53,850 nt of DNA from Candidatus Microgenomatus sp. (GTDB lineage Bacteria; Patescibacteriota; Microgenomatia; UBA8517). The stretch is taken from NCBI GenBank assembly GCA_020724555.1, contig DYGT01000001.1:1-53850 (forward strand), read 5' to 3'. Made by a program: the position numbers and the translations under genes. The notes under the pieces were generated by a model. The model saw nothing but the letters and a program-made list of their open reading frames with translations, made no database searches and was not told the DNA's origin. Shown here piece by piece: positions 1 to 9,241 of this stretch (position 1 is its first letter; each line of letters opens with the position of its first letter).

Positions 1-151
1 CTCCCAAATCCAAAACATGTGCCCTATTTGGATCTTGACTGCCTAAATCCGGGTTTCCATCTGCTACCAAAGCAGAGTCAATGGCTGTACCAATCATAAC
101 TCCTGCCGCCAGAATTCTTACTCCGTCTTCAAGTTTCAGTCTATCTTTCAT
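1..151 (-). CDS. Hypothetical protein, 5' end only (continues beyond the left edge)
   Basis: An ATG at 151-149 (minus strand) opens the frame MKDRLKLEDGVRILAAGVMIGTAIDSALVADGNPDLGSQDPNRAHVLDL..., which is still open at position 1. It is too short for the supplied ORF track. No family recognised. Confidence 0.3.
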   Translation of the reverse strand, partial: MKDRLKLEDGVRILAAGVMIGTAIDSALVADGNPDLGSQDPNRAHVLDLG

Positions 152-278
152 CCTAGAAGTTCACCTGCCCTATAATATCAGATTATTTTGAATTTTTCAA
201 ATTTTTGTGCTGGAAAAATATATGACAAACAATAGTTCCATACAAAACTAGTGAACCAGTCCACCTTCCCCAAAAACT

Positions 279-1520
279 CTAAACTGTTTTGAGGGAGTTT
301 AAGAAGTCTTTATTGCTCTCCGTTTTGGCTAAGCGCTCCAACAAGGTTTCCGTGCGCTCGTCTTCAGGCATCATCTCAAGCATGCGCCTTAAGGTGTGGA
401 CCTGTTTAAGCTCCTCCTCGGTATACAAAAGCTCCTCCTGGCGCGTACCAGAGCGCGTGACATCAATCGCAGGAAAAATACGTTTTTCGGCTAAACGGCG
501 GTTCAAATGAAGTTCCATGTTTCCTGTCCCCTTAAACTCCTCATAAATTAGGTCATCCATACGGCTACCCGTATCTACCAAGCAGGTGCCGATTATCGTT
601 AACGAACCTCCGCCTTCAATTTTGCGGGCTGCACCAAAAAATCTTTTAGCCGGGAACAAAGCTTCTGGATCAAACCCGCCGGTTAAAGTCCTACCCGAAG
701 TCGGAAGCGCCAAATTATAAGCACGCGCCATGCGGGTTATAGAATCCAAGACCATAACCACGTCTCCACCCTGTTCAACGATGCGTTTGGCACGCTCAAG
801 CGCCAGCTCTCCCACGCGGGTCTGGTTGGTTGGCGGTTCGTCAAAATTGCTGGCAGCCACTTCGCCCATATTGTTAGTGACTGCTGCCATATGGCGTTTA
901 ATATCCGTTACTTCCTCCGGTCGCTCGCCGATCAAAACCGCAATCAGGTGCGCTTTTCTTTTTTTGCCTTTACCGGATTCGGGGTAATTGGCGGCAATGC
1001 CGGAGATGATGTCTTTAAGCAAGTAGGTTTTGCCTGCTTTTGGCGGAGAAACGATCAGTCCCCTTTGGCCAAAACCGATCGGTGAAATCAAATCAACCAC
1101 GCGCGTACTCAATGGCTCTTTACCGGTTGAAAGATCTATTTGTTCATCAGGGTAGATTGCCAAAAGTTCTTCAAAATCCGTCCTATTTTGCATCTCAACT
1201 GCCGCCCCCCCATTTACTTTTTCAACTTTTAAAAGCCCCCAGTACCGCTCGTTCTCTTTTGGACGTCGGGCAAGACCGGATATCAGGTCTCCATTTCTCA
1301 GGTTAAAACGCCTGATTTGTGAGGCTGAAATATAGACATCACGGTTACTGGCGGCATAATCCGGGCGCAGCAGGCCCGAGCCCTCATTGGCAATATCCAA
1401 AATTCCTTGAATATTTTCCGTGGGAAGCCCCGAATCCGGAAGGACACGGTCATCAACCACTAATCTGGGTTCACCAGCAGAAGAATCTTTAACACCCTCG
1501 TTGTTATTATTAATAACCAT
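279..1520 (-). CDS. rho: Transcription termination factor Rho
   Basis: 413-aa ORF. It has an OB-fold RNA-binding segment (GILDIANEGSGLLRP..DVYISASQIRRFNLRNGDLISG), a Walker A motif PPKAGKT, and a RecA-type core with a C-terminus (TGNMELHLNRRLAEKRIFPAIDV) typical of Rho. Confidence 0.9.
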   Translation of the reverse strand: MVINNNNEGVKDSSAGEPRLVVDDRVLPDSGLPTENIQGILDIANEGSGLLRPDYAASNRDVYISASQIRRFNLRNGDLISGLARRPKENERYWGLLKVEKVNGGAAVEMQNRTDFEELLAIYPDEQIDLSTGKEPLSTRVVDLISPIGFGQRGLIVSPPKAGKTYLLKDIISGIAANYPESGKGKKRKAHLIAVLIGERPEEVTDIKRHMAAVTNNMGEVAASNFDEPPTNQTRVGELALERAKRIVEQGGDVVMVLDSITRMARAYNLALPTSGRTLTGGFDPEALFPAKRFFGAARKIEGGGSLTIIGTCLVDTGSRMDDLIYEEFKGTGNMELHLNRRLAEKRIFPAIDVTRSGTRQEELLYTEEELKQVHTLRRMLEMMPEDERTETLLERLAKTESNKDFLNSLKTV

Positions 1521-1601
1521 AAGTTTATATATTTTTGTAAGTTAGCTTTGAAAGTATGTCAGAAGCAATTAAAGCTATTATAAAGCACCAATCTTAGGCG
1601 G

Positions 1602-2258
1602 TCAAGAGGGCTTTGCTAACACCAAAAGCCGCTTACTGCTTGTACCCGGAGGCCAACAGGTTTGTAAAATCAAAATATCACCTTGATGGTTAAGCCAACT
1701 GGTATCATCTGGCTCAACAATGTGTTTTTCCAAGACTTTATAAGTATATTTACGGTCAGCATAAAACACGATTATCTCGTCCCCGGCCTCAAGTTCGTGG
1801 AGACGAAAAAACACGGCATTAAAGCGCACCACATTGGCCAGAGAATCTGTCGAGTGGGCAAACAAATAAACCATTTTTCCGCGCCCGGGAAAAGACGTGC
1901 CTTTGGCATGGGCAACACCCTTTTTTAATGCTTCCTCATATGCGTCTTTATTCAAAGGATCCACATCCATAATTACATTGGCAGCGGCAGAAATTTTGGG
2001 CACCACCACAGAAAAAAATGAATCAACGCCCCACCTACCGGCTTCTTCTTTAATCTGCCCGTAAGACAAATTTTCTGTTTCAATTTTAGCAGCCTTACTA
2101 ATTTTTTGAGGCTGAATGTCCAAGTTTTGTGTATCGAAAAATACTTTTATTTCCTGGGCATAAAGGCTTTGATAATGCGGGTTGTACATTAAAATAATCG
2201 CCGCGAGGGAAAACGCAAAAAGCGCATTGCCGACAAATTGAAAACTAAAAATTCTCAT
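1602..2258 (-). CDS. Sortase-family transpeptidase
   Basis: 218 aa with an N-terminal TM anchor. The catalytic triad context is LFAHS (His), ILILQTCWP (the TLxTC-type Cys) and KRLLVLA (Arg). Its start overlaps the stop of the upstream LPDTG gene by 14 nt. Confidence 0.8.
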   Translation of the reverse strand: MRIFSFQFVGNALFAFSLAAIILMYNPHYQSLYAQEIKVFFDTQNLDIQPQKISKAAKIETENLSYGQIKEEAGRWGVDSFFSVVVPKISAAANVIMDVDPLNKDAYEEALKKGVAHAKGTSFPGRGKMVYLFAHSTDSLANVVRFNAVFFRLHELEAGDEIIVFYADRKYTYKVLEKHIVEPDDTSWLNHQGDILILQTCWPPGTSSKRLLVLAKPS

Positions 2259-2781
2259 GGTTTGAAAACTTTTTTATAGTAAGCCCAAGTGCTCCGACCC
2301 CGATTAAAGCCAAGGCAGCATACCCGGGACCGGTGTCCGGCAATTCCCCACCCTTGGGCACGGGAGAAGGAGAAGAAGTGGGCGTTGGCGTGGCTGAGGG
2401 TTTTGTGGGAGTGGGGGTTGCAAAATTGGGGTCCCCCGCTTTGTATAAATCACAATTATTATCATTTTCTTTTACGCGTACACTACAGGCGCTATTTGAA
2501 TCCGAAGAAAAATAATTTACCTGCCCACAACCGGATGTGGGATTGGCACAAAAAGAATCGTTTCTGGCGTCAGTCAAGCGCGCCTTTTCATCTTTTAGGT
2601 CACAAAGGCCGTCTTTGTTTGTGTCACCCTGAGGGCAGTCAAAAGTTTGGCAGCGCACGATATCTTTCCCGTCCGGACATTGAGACCAGGCAGTTTGCGA
2701 CTGGGCGGACAGCGTATTTACGCTTAACAACAAACTTAAAGACCAAAAGATAGCTGCCGAAAATAATATTTTTATATTCAT
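2245..2781 (-). CDS. Cys-rich secreted protein with a C-terminal LPXTG (LPDTG) cell-wall sorting signal
   Basis: Signal peptide (MNIKILFSAAIFWSLSLLLSVNTLSAQS), 12 Cys, a TPTPT linker, then LPDTG followed by a hydrophobic stretch (PGYAALALIGVGALGLTI) and a KK tail. Confidence 0.75.
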   Translation of the reverse strand: MNIKILFSAAIFWSLSLLLSVNTLSAQSQTAWSQCPDGKDIVRCQTFDCPQGDTNKDGLCDLKDEKARLTDARNDSFCANPTSGCGQVNYFSSDSNSACSVRVKENDNNCDLYKAGDPNFATPTPTKPSATPTPTSSPSPVPKGGELPDTGPGYAALALIGVGALGLTIKKFSNHENF

Positions 2782-2863
2782 GCTTAAAAATTAGCGGTGG
2801 CAGAAAAATCATCTAAATGAAGAAATCTTGTAATTATATAAGAATATTAATTTCTGTCAAGGA

Positions 2864-3394
2864 CTAAAGCGGTTCATAAAAACCATGCTCGGTCCAACTT
2901 TCACAACTATGGCGTGTTCCTGGAGGTGTACCTTCCGGGTAACAAAGCATACCTGCACGCCTATCAATAGTATCGTAGTAAATATAGGGTACTTCATCGT
3001 CTTCGCAGCGTGATTTATAGACTTCAGACTCAAGCGCGGTGAACACCATAGCGCACAAAGGTGTAATTCTTCTATGGTAGCACCAACCATTTTCATTATA
3101 GCGTGTACAATCATAATAACCACTTGAGTGGGGGATCTCGTCTGGCATTGCAACTAAATCTCCATTATCTACAAGCTGCTGAAGCCAGTTGTCTGTACGC
3201 GGAAAAGCATTATGGGTAATATAATATGATTCAACTGCCCTTCCTATCTGTACAATACCATTAATCCTGCCTGCATCCCGGCTTCTGGCTATACGCTCCA
3301 GAGGATTTACTGCCAATAAAACCACAACGCCCAATGTCCCGATTATTGCAATTACTATCAAAAGCTCGATTAAAGTGAAGCCAAAGCTTTTCAC
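2864..3394 (-). CDS. Type IV pilin-like / pseudopilin protein (prepilin-type N-terminal cleavage/methylation motif)
   Basis: Contains the motif G|FTLIELLIVIAIIGTLGVVVLLAV. The supplied ORF starts at ATG 3466, which would give a 29-aa hydrophobic leader. A GTG at 3394 gives the classical short leader MKSFG|FTLIELL and overlaps the upstream TGA stop (GTGA). The exact start is uncertain. Confidence 0.7.
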   Translation of the reverse strand: MKSFGFTLIELLIVIAIIGTLGVVVLLAVNPLERIARSRDAGRINGIVQIGRAVESYYITHNAFPRTDNWLQQLVDNGDLVAMPDEIPHSSGYYDCTRYNENGWCYHRRITPLCAMVFTALESEVYKSRCEDDEVPYIYYDTIDRRAGMLCYPEGTPPGTRHSCESWTEHGFYEPL

Positions 3395-6300
3395 CTCTTT
3401 AGTATTAAATATGAGGCAACAAAAAGCAAACTGGCAAAACCAATAAACTGCAGTAACTGAGGCCAATAAAAAATATAAATTGTGTATTCACCTTGTGGCA
3501 CCTCCCAGGCATTTGCCCAGTTGTTAAATTTAAGATGTTTAAAAACTGTAAATTTTTTATCAAACGCAATCCATCCCTCATCGTAACCCTGAGAAAGAGC
3601 TACAATCCCCTCGCCACTAACTTCTGCTTTATAGGAAGTTGTGCCGAATTTTTTAGTGCCAGTTACTTCAAGGCCGTTACTTATTATTTCTTGATCATCG
3701 TTTGCTATTTTTATCTTAGAAAGCCACTCTAGAGGTACCGGGTAGGCAGCTACTAAATCTACTTCGTTGATACTTTTTTCGTGCCCGAAGGAACGGGTTT
3801 CGAGATTAAGAGTATAGTTGTCTTTGCTTGCAAAAGGCCAGCTTAAAATCGAGAAATAGTTGTCAAAAGAGTTTGGCGAAAGGAGCACCTCAAGATCATT
3901 TTTTTGCGTTGTTGGGTTAAAAAGATATGCTTTAAGACTTCTCCCCTCTTTATTTTCCCCCCTGATACGCAAGACAAAGCTCTCTTCCGGTGCCAAATAG
4001 CCCAATATTGAATAGTCGCACGATGCGCCTCTTTCTTCTGCAGTATAGATAACTTTATTGTCATTAACTTTTTTTGACACCCCTCCCCTTTGAAAAAGGT
4101 CACAGTTTTTTTCACTTTGCAGGCCTCCATTTATAAAATCTATATAAATTTCTTTAGTCGGAATGTTTAAGGTAAGGTTATCAATGTCACCGATTGGAAT
4201 TTTTAATTCATTTATGAGTTTATCCCAATTAGAATTGAAAAATGTAATATCAGCAGTTTTATTCATCAAAGAAATATTGATAGGGCGGTAAAAAATAGTT
4301 GTTTCAGCTCCGGCTTCCTCAGGAGGACGAGCCGCAAGAACCAACCAATAATTGGCAGTCTCGGGTACAATCATTTCGCGCACAACTAATTCCCAATCTT
4401 TTGATGTGGGGGTTTTATAAAAAATTTCTTCATGGATACATTCGGACTCGCCTTCTTTTACTACACAGAAATGGGGCTTTGCGCCGCTATCCGACCTATA
4501 TGGCAACGAGATTTTCAAAAGCGAATCTTTTTTGAGATTGCCGATTTTTTGAGATGAGCAGGCAACCATGTCTTTTACCTCTATCTCAAGGGCATTGTCT
4601 AACTTTTCAAGGTTAAAGCTCCCTTTTTTATTCTCTCTCTGCCAACAATTTACAAATTCCGAATCAAAAAAAGAAATATCTAATATTTCGCCAGGTGTTT
4701 CGTAAATTTTTATTTGCAGAGATTTATTGGGGTCCAAAAGAAAAGAGGTTAATTCTTTTTTTTCTCCTTGAATAAGATTAGTAACTTTTCCGTTTATAAA
4801 TAGCGCAATGGAGACTGGCTTATCTTTAAGTGTTATATAAAAAGGTTTGAAAAAATTAATCGGAGCCACGTTTTCGAAAGACACGGGGTCAAACAGATTG
4901 ATTGTGATAAGATTATCTTTCAAAGAAACACTTCCATATGCTCTAAACGGATTTTTTAAGGGTGGAATTAATAATTCTTTTCTATCCTGATTGAAGTTTA
5001 TTTGTGATGATATGGATAAAAAAGTTGATCCGTCTATGCTTAACTTTGCTTTTATATTGTTTGGCTTTTCCCTAAGAAGATTTCCAAAGGGATAAACAAA
5101 TTTTTTTGAGGAGACATAGTTACCATACTCCATATAAACAGGGTCGTGTCTTGCATAATCAAGGTCGATATCCGCAGACACGTAAGTTTTGGGTGCATAA
5201 ACAAAGCCGTCTGCTAATGGGACTTTGTAAACTGATAAAAAGCTCTTTTCCCATACCTTTTGAGCACCAATATCGCTTAAAAATTTTTCTGTTTCTTTGA
5301 ATCTTAAAATGTTTGGGTCTCCCCCGGGAACTATTACACTTTTGTCGATCAGAGCGTAGGCGACATCGTATTTATCAAACACCTTTTTAAAAGCATTTTT
5401 GTCTTCGCGGTAGAGCGCTGTTGAGATTTCGTGATAGTAGCCTTCGTTGTATGGGCTCCAGACGTCAAAGGCTCGATCCAAAATCGGCTGCTCAATTCCA
5501 TACCAGAGAAAGCCGCTTCCCCTGTATCCCCAGTCATAAAAATCCCAACCCCAGAATGTTTGGACAGGAAAACGTGCTATCCTCGCCTGCCGGGGCTGAG
5601 ACTGGAAATATTCAAAGAGAAAAAAGTATTCCTCTGGATACTTAACCTGCATTGAATTCGAGATCAAATGTCCTTTAAAGAGCGGTCTTAATTGCAGTGC
5701 AGCAAGTACGGATATAAGTAAACAAAAAATAAATGCAGTGACTAAAGTGTATTTTTTTACCAGCTTACTTATGTAAGCGACAAACAATCCTGCTCCTAAA
5801 GCAAAGCTTAGAGCGTATGAGGTAGACCATTTTGTGAACACGGACCGAAACATTTGGCCAAAAAGCGGCACCGCACGAGACATTGTGTTGTAAACTACAC
5901 CAAGTACGCCTTCTCCTGCCGTAAGCATAAGAAAAGATAAAATAAACATCGCAAAAAGTGATAGTTCCCATCTGTTTCTTCGTAGAAAAGCACCAAATAA
6001 AAAGCCTGCTAGAGATATCGCAAACATACCAATACCAATAATCTCAAATGTGTCAGTACTTACATATTCGCGCCAAAAAGGCATGAGGTAATTAAATTCA
6101 CCGTTTAATTCATCACTATATTCCAGCCAAAAACCCCTCATAAGCATGATGTTTTCGGGATCCCCAAAACCTTGGTTCATAAGTTTTACTTCGGCTGTTG
6201 GAAGAATGCTTGTCTTTGCGCTTGTAAGCACTTCGGATCCGCTAAAGGCAAAATATGCTACCGGGATTGACCAAAATGCTGTGGAAAGAGCTGTAATTAT

Positions 6301-6972
6301 TCCAAGTTTTATTACGCTACTAAATAATTTTTGTTGTTTTGAAAAACAGTATTCGACAACAAAAAGAGATAAAAGCATGATAAAAACTACAAAATGTGTT
6401 TGTATGTAGAATGCTGTCGCACCCAATAACAGTGCCGTGGAATAATACAATAAATATCTTTTCTTTGCCTTTTCTAAATATAAGATCGCTAAATAAATAA
6501 AAAATGGTAAAAATCCGTAAAAGGTGATAAATGATTCAAAAGGAACAAAAAATGTCTGCACCGTTGCCATGTTCATAAGATATACCAGTCCGCCGGCTAG
6601 AGCGGCGAAATTATTACGAGTGACATGCCGTGCCAGTAGGTATCCCCCAAGCGGTCCAAGTAGAAGCATTCCAAAAGCCCAAACATAGCGCAATGCTTCG
6701 CGCGGAACAGCAAAGGAGAGCACAGTAAACAACAATTGCCGCGGCAAGTCCGCCGCGTGCGCCATCCCGCCCAGAAGCCCAACTCCCTGATACTCCTGCC
6801 ACACCGCATTAAGTGATCTTGCAATGTTAGCGGAAATATTAAACTCCGGGTGCAGGTTATCCCAACCAGACAAAACAGTACCTTCGGCAACCGTGCTGGA
6901 AATTATTAAAAACCAAGCAAAAACTATTACTATCGGCGCGATAAGTTCCAGTATAGAACGAAACTTAAGCAT
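3391..6972 (-). CDS. Large polytopic membrane protein, GT-C-fold glycosyltransferase-like (YfhO/AftD-like), with a large extracytoplasmic C-terminal domain
   Basis: The first ~450 aa hold about 12 predicted TM helices, followed by ~700 aa that look soluble. Its N-terminal extracytoplasmic loop is the feature suggesting a GT-C-type membrane glycosyltransferase. The ATG at 6972 is preceded by GGAGGA with a 5-nt spacer; the supplied TTG 6984 start is less likely. Family assignment is tentative. Confidence 0.55.
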   Translation of the reverse strand: MLKFRSILELIAPIVIVFAWFLIISSTVAEGTVLSGWDNLHPEFNISANIARSLNAVWQEYQGVGLLGGMAHAADLPRQLLFTVLSFAVPREALRYVWAFGMLLLGPLGGYLLARHVTRNNFAALAGGLVYLMNMATVQTFFVPFESFITFYGFLPFFIYLAILYLEKAKKRYLLYYSTALLLGATAFYIQTHFVVFIMLLSLFVVEYCFSKQQKLFSSVIKLGIITALSTAFWSIPVAYFAFSGSEVLTSAKTSILPTAEVKLMNQGFGDPENIMLMRGFWLEYSDELNGEFNYLMPFWREYVSTDTFEIIGIGMFAISLAGFLFGAFLRRNRWELSLFAMFILSFLMLTAGEGVLGVVYNTMSRAVPLFGQMFRSVFTKWSTSYALSFALGAGLFVAYISKLVKKYTLVTAFIFCLLISVLAALQLRPLFKGHLISNSMQVKYPEEYFFLFEYFQSQPRQARIARFPVQTFWGWDFYDWGYRGSGFLWYGIEQPILDRAFDVWSPYNEGYYHEISTALYREDKNAFKKVFDKYDVAYALIDKSVIVPGGDPNILRFKETEKFLSDIGAQKVWEKSFLSVYKVPLADGFVYAPKTYVSADIDLDYARHDPVYMEYGNYVSSKKFVYPFGNLLREKPNNIKAKLSIDGSTFLSISSQINFNQDRKELLIPPLKNPFRAYGSVSLKDNLITINLFDPVSFENVAPINFFKPFYITLKDKPVSIALFINGKVTNLIQGEKKELTSFLLDPNKSLQIKIYETPGEILDISFFDSEFVNCWQRENKKGSFNLEKLDNALEIEVKDMVACSSQKIGNLKKDSLLKISLPYRSDSGAKPHFCVVKEGESECIHEEIFYKTPTSKDWELVVREMIVPETANYWLVLAARPPEEAGAETTIFYRPINISLMNKTADITFFNSNWDKLINELKIPIGDIDNLTLNIPTKEIYIDFINGGLQSEKNCDLFQRGGVSKKVNDNKVIYTAEERGASCDYSILGYLAPEESFVLRIRGENKEGRSLKAYLFNPTTQKNDLEVLLSPNSFDNYFSILSWPFASKDNYTLNLETRSFGHEKSINEVDLVAAYPVPLEWLSKIKIANDDQEIISNGLEVTGTKKFGTTSYKAEVSGEGIVALSQGYDEGWIAFDKKFTVFKHLKFNNWANAWEVPQGEYTIYIFYWPQLLQFIGFASLLFVASYLILKR

Positions 6973-8230
6973 TCTTTCCTCCAATCAACTGTACATACTT
7001 TTCCCCCGTGTGTTTCCAGGAACGTTTATTTCGAATTATCTCCGAGTAGTTTGCTAGCTTGCGAATTAATCTTTTGTCGTTCAATCTGGTAATAAGGTTT
7101 TCGAATCCTTCATCGGTTAGCGGAAAAATCATGTTGTCTGCTATTAGGCCACTCGCTTGCAAGCCTTCCTTCATATCTTCTGTCACAAAATAGCCGCGAA
7201 GCTCATCTGATAAAACCACCGGCTTACCGTAGGAAAACGCCCAGGATAGCGGCCCGCTGCTACTGACAAATGCCCGATAAGGCATAACAAGTACATCGCT
7301 AGCTGCGAAATAAAGTGAAAAATCACTCTCCGGAACAAAACCCGTAATTGTTATTTTGTCTCTATGTTTGCGGACTTTGGTATGAATATCTTTGATCATC
7401 GCTCGATATTGTTTGTCTTCTTTAAATCGTGGATTTTCTCCCCCGGCAATTAGAAGTCTGATCCTTTGATCGGGATTTTTCTCCAGATACCTGCTTACTG
7501 TACCCACAAGCCAATCTGCCCCTTTGTACCAAATAAGAAAGCCGAAATACATTAGCACCAGTTCATCTTCAAACCCAAGCTTTTTCCGGGCTTTTTGGCG
7601 ATGCATAATATCTTCTACCTCATCCACTCCATGGGGAATTGTGACAAGTTTGTTCTTCTTTCTGGTAAGTTTGATTAATTCTTGGCGCAAACCCTCTTCA
7701 AATAAAACCATATAGCTACTTGCAAAAACAGTTAACCAGTAGTAACTCTTTAGTGCGAGTGACAGTAGTTTTGTCTTCATGCTTCCCTTCTTTGCCCCCA
7801 CTTGGCCCGCTACGCTGTCCGCGTCAAGAAGTACTGCGTGAGATATGAAAAACACCCGCTTACCCATGAGTCGCATTGCGGCAATCATCACAGGTACGAA
7901 TGCCAAGTGCCAGCGCTTGTCGCTAAACATCGACCACTCAAACGCAAACAGCACATCCTTAATATCTCTCTCGTTATAAATTGCCCTGAGTATTTCCCAA
8001 TACAGATTAATCTTTCCCCGTTTCCAAAAACGCCGCACTTCAATACCGTCTTCGCTATATGCCTCCCTCTCCCCTTCGGCTTCAGCAAGCACAACAATTT
8101 TCCCTTTCAAATGTTTCTTTAATTGCAGAAGGGTGTTTTTGGTGTACGAAGCAGCGCCGGTCATAGTGTGGCCGTAAAGACTTCCCTTTGGCGGGTATGC
8201 GGAGATAACCAGGAAGGAGCGCTTTACCAT
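6965..8230 (-). CDS. Glycosyltransferase, GT-B fold (family 1/4-like)
   Basis: 421 aa. The C-terminal half (LLIAGGENP...ITITGFVPESDFSLYFAASDVLVMPYRAFVSSSGPLSWAFSYGKPVVLSD) matches the glycos_transf_1 pattern. Its stop overlaps the start of the GT-C gene (ATGCTTAA). Confidence 0.7.
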   Translation of the reverse strand: MVKRSFLVISAYPPKGSLYGHTMTGAASYTKNTLLQLKKHLKGKIVVLAEAEGEREAYSEDGIEVRRFWKRGKINLYWEILRAIYNERDIKDVLFAFEWSMFSDKRWHLAFVPVMIAAMRLMGKRVFFISHAVLLDADSVAGQVGAKKGSMKTKLLSLALKSYYWLTVFASSYMVLFEEGLRQELIKLTRKKNKLVTIPHGVDEVEDIMHRQKARKKLGFEDELVLMYFGFLIWYKGADWLVGTVSRYLEKNPDQRIRLLIAGGENPRFKEDKQYRAMIKDIHTKVRKHRDKITITGFVPESDFSLYFAASDVLVMPYRAFVSSSGPLSWAFSYGKPVVLSDELRGYFVTEDMKEGLQASGLIADNMIFPLTDEGFENLITRLNDKRLIRKLANYSEIIRNKRSWKHTGEKYVQLIGGKNA

Positions 8231-8250
8231 ATTTCCAGTCTAGCTTCTTT

Positions 8251-9060
8251 TTATGATTTGGTATAGAGATACACTTTCTCTATAAGAAGTGAGGGGCTAA
8301 AGCGCGGTTTGGGTAAACAATATATACCTTTAAGATCGTTTATTTTAATAATAAGTATCTCATATAACCCTCTAGCCACATCTCTTAGCACTCCCACCTT
8401 GCTTGAATCAACATGCTTCCAAACAATCGGCAGCTCGATAATACTGTATCCGAGCTTATTGGCAATATAAAGAACCTCTGGGTCAAAACTCCAGCGCTCT
8501 TGGGTAATCCTGGGGTAAACGGTTTTGCACGCTCGGCGGGAATAAATCTTAAAGCCACCGGTTACGTCTGCAAGCGGCAACCCCAACACCCGGCGAACCA
8601 AAAAGCTGTATCCCCAGCCGAATACCTTCCGGGGTAAACTGCGCTTCACAAGTGAAACCGAGCTGGCAAGCCGCTTACTGCCAACGAGTACATCGTAATT
8701 ATTCACCATGTAAGGCACAAACGTTTTGAGGTTTGCAAACGGTATGGACATATCCGCGTCAATGATAAGGCCGTAGTCGCTCTCGACACGCCTCATTCCC
8801 TGCTTTAAGGCATAGCCTTTGCCGCGGTTTTTGGCATAGCTGACGATTTCTATCTTGGCTCTACTCGGAAGCTTTCCTTGCTTTTTTTGCTTATATTTAT
8901 TAAGCATTGCAAGCGTGTTGTCGCGGCTGCCGTCATTTACAAAGACTATTTTCTCCACGCGAACACCGCGCGGGTTTTTGAGTTTGTTGACCGCGTTAAA
9001 GCTAAGCTGAATACGCTTCTCCTCGTTATAAACTGGTATTACTACTGTTAGTGTTTTCAT
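8251..9060 (-). CDS. Family 2 glycosyltransferase, polyprenol-phosphate sugar synthase-like (CsbB/GtrB/DPM1-like)
   Basis: Shows VVIPVYNEEKRI, VNDGSRDNT and the IDADMS (DXD) motifs of GT2. At 269 aa it has the size typical of lipid-carrier-charging GT2 enzymes. Confidence 0.8.
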   Translation of the reverse strand: MKTLTVVIPVYNEEKRIQLSFNAVNKLKNPRGVRVEKIVFVNDGSRDNTLAMLNKYKQKKQGKLPSRAKIEIVSYAKNRGKGYALKQGMRRVESDYGLIIDADMSIPFANLKTFVPYMVNNYDVLVGSKRLASSVSLVKRSLPRKVFGWGYSFLVRRVLGLPLADVTGGFKIYSRRACKTVYPRITQERWSFDPEVLYIANKLGYSIIELPIVWKHVDSSKVGVLRDVARGLYEILIIKINDLKGIYCLPKPRFSPSLLIEKVYLYTKS

Positions 9061-9241
9061 ATAGGTTGGTTTTTAACCACCTTAGCTAAGATGATTAAAA
9101 ACAAACCCACAACCCCAACGAACACTTCTCTAAACACACATCTCACACTTTTTTGCATCAGCAAACTGACGCAAGCGTGAGACGGCCAGAGAAGGTCGTC
9201 GAGGTTGTGGTTAATAGGCAACTTGCCTACGGACTTGCGTA

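Noticed and set aside
2857-3153. 98-aa ORF overlapping the pilin-like gene in another frame, plus many short antisense ORFs inside long CDSs (e.g. 3493-3732, 23269-23947, 39526-39951, 45266-45625, 51984-52454, 52992-53474).
   Set aside because: They are fully nested in better-supported genes with recognisable domains, and have no independent start signals.
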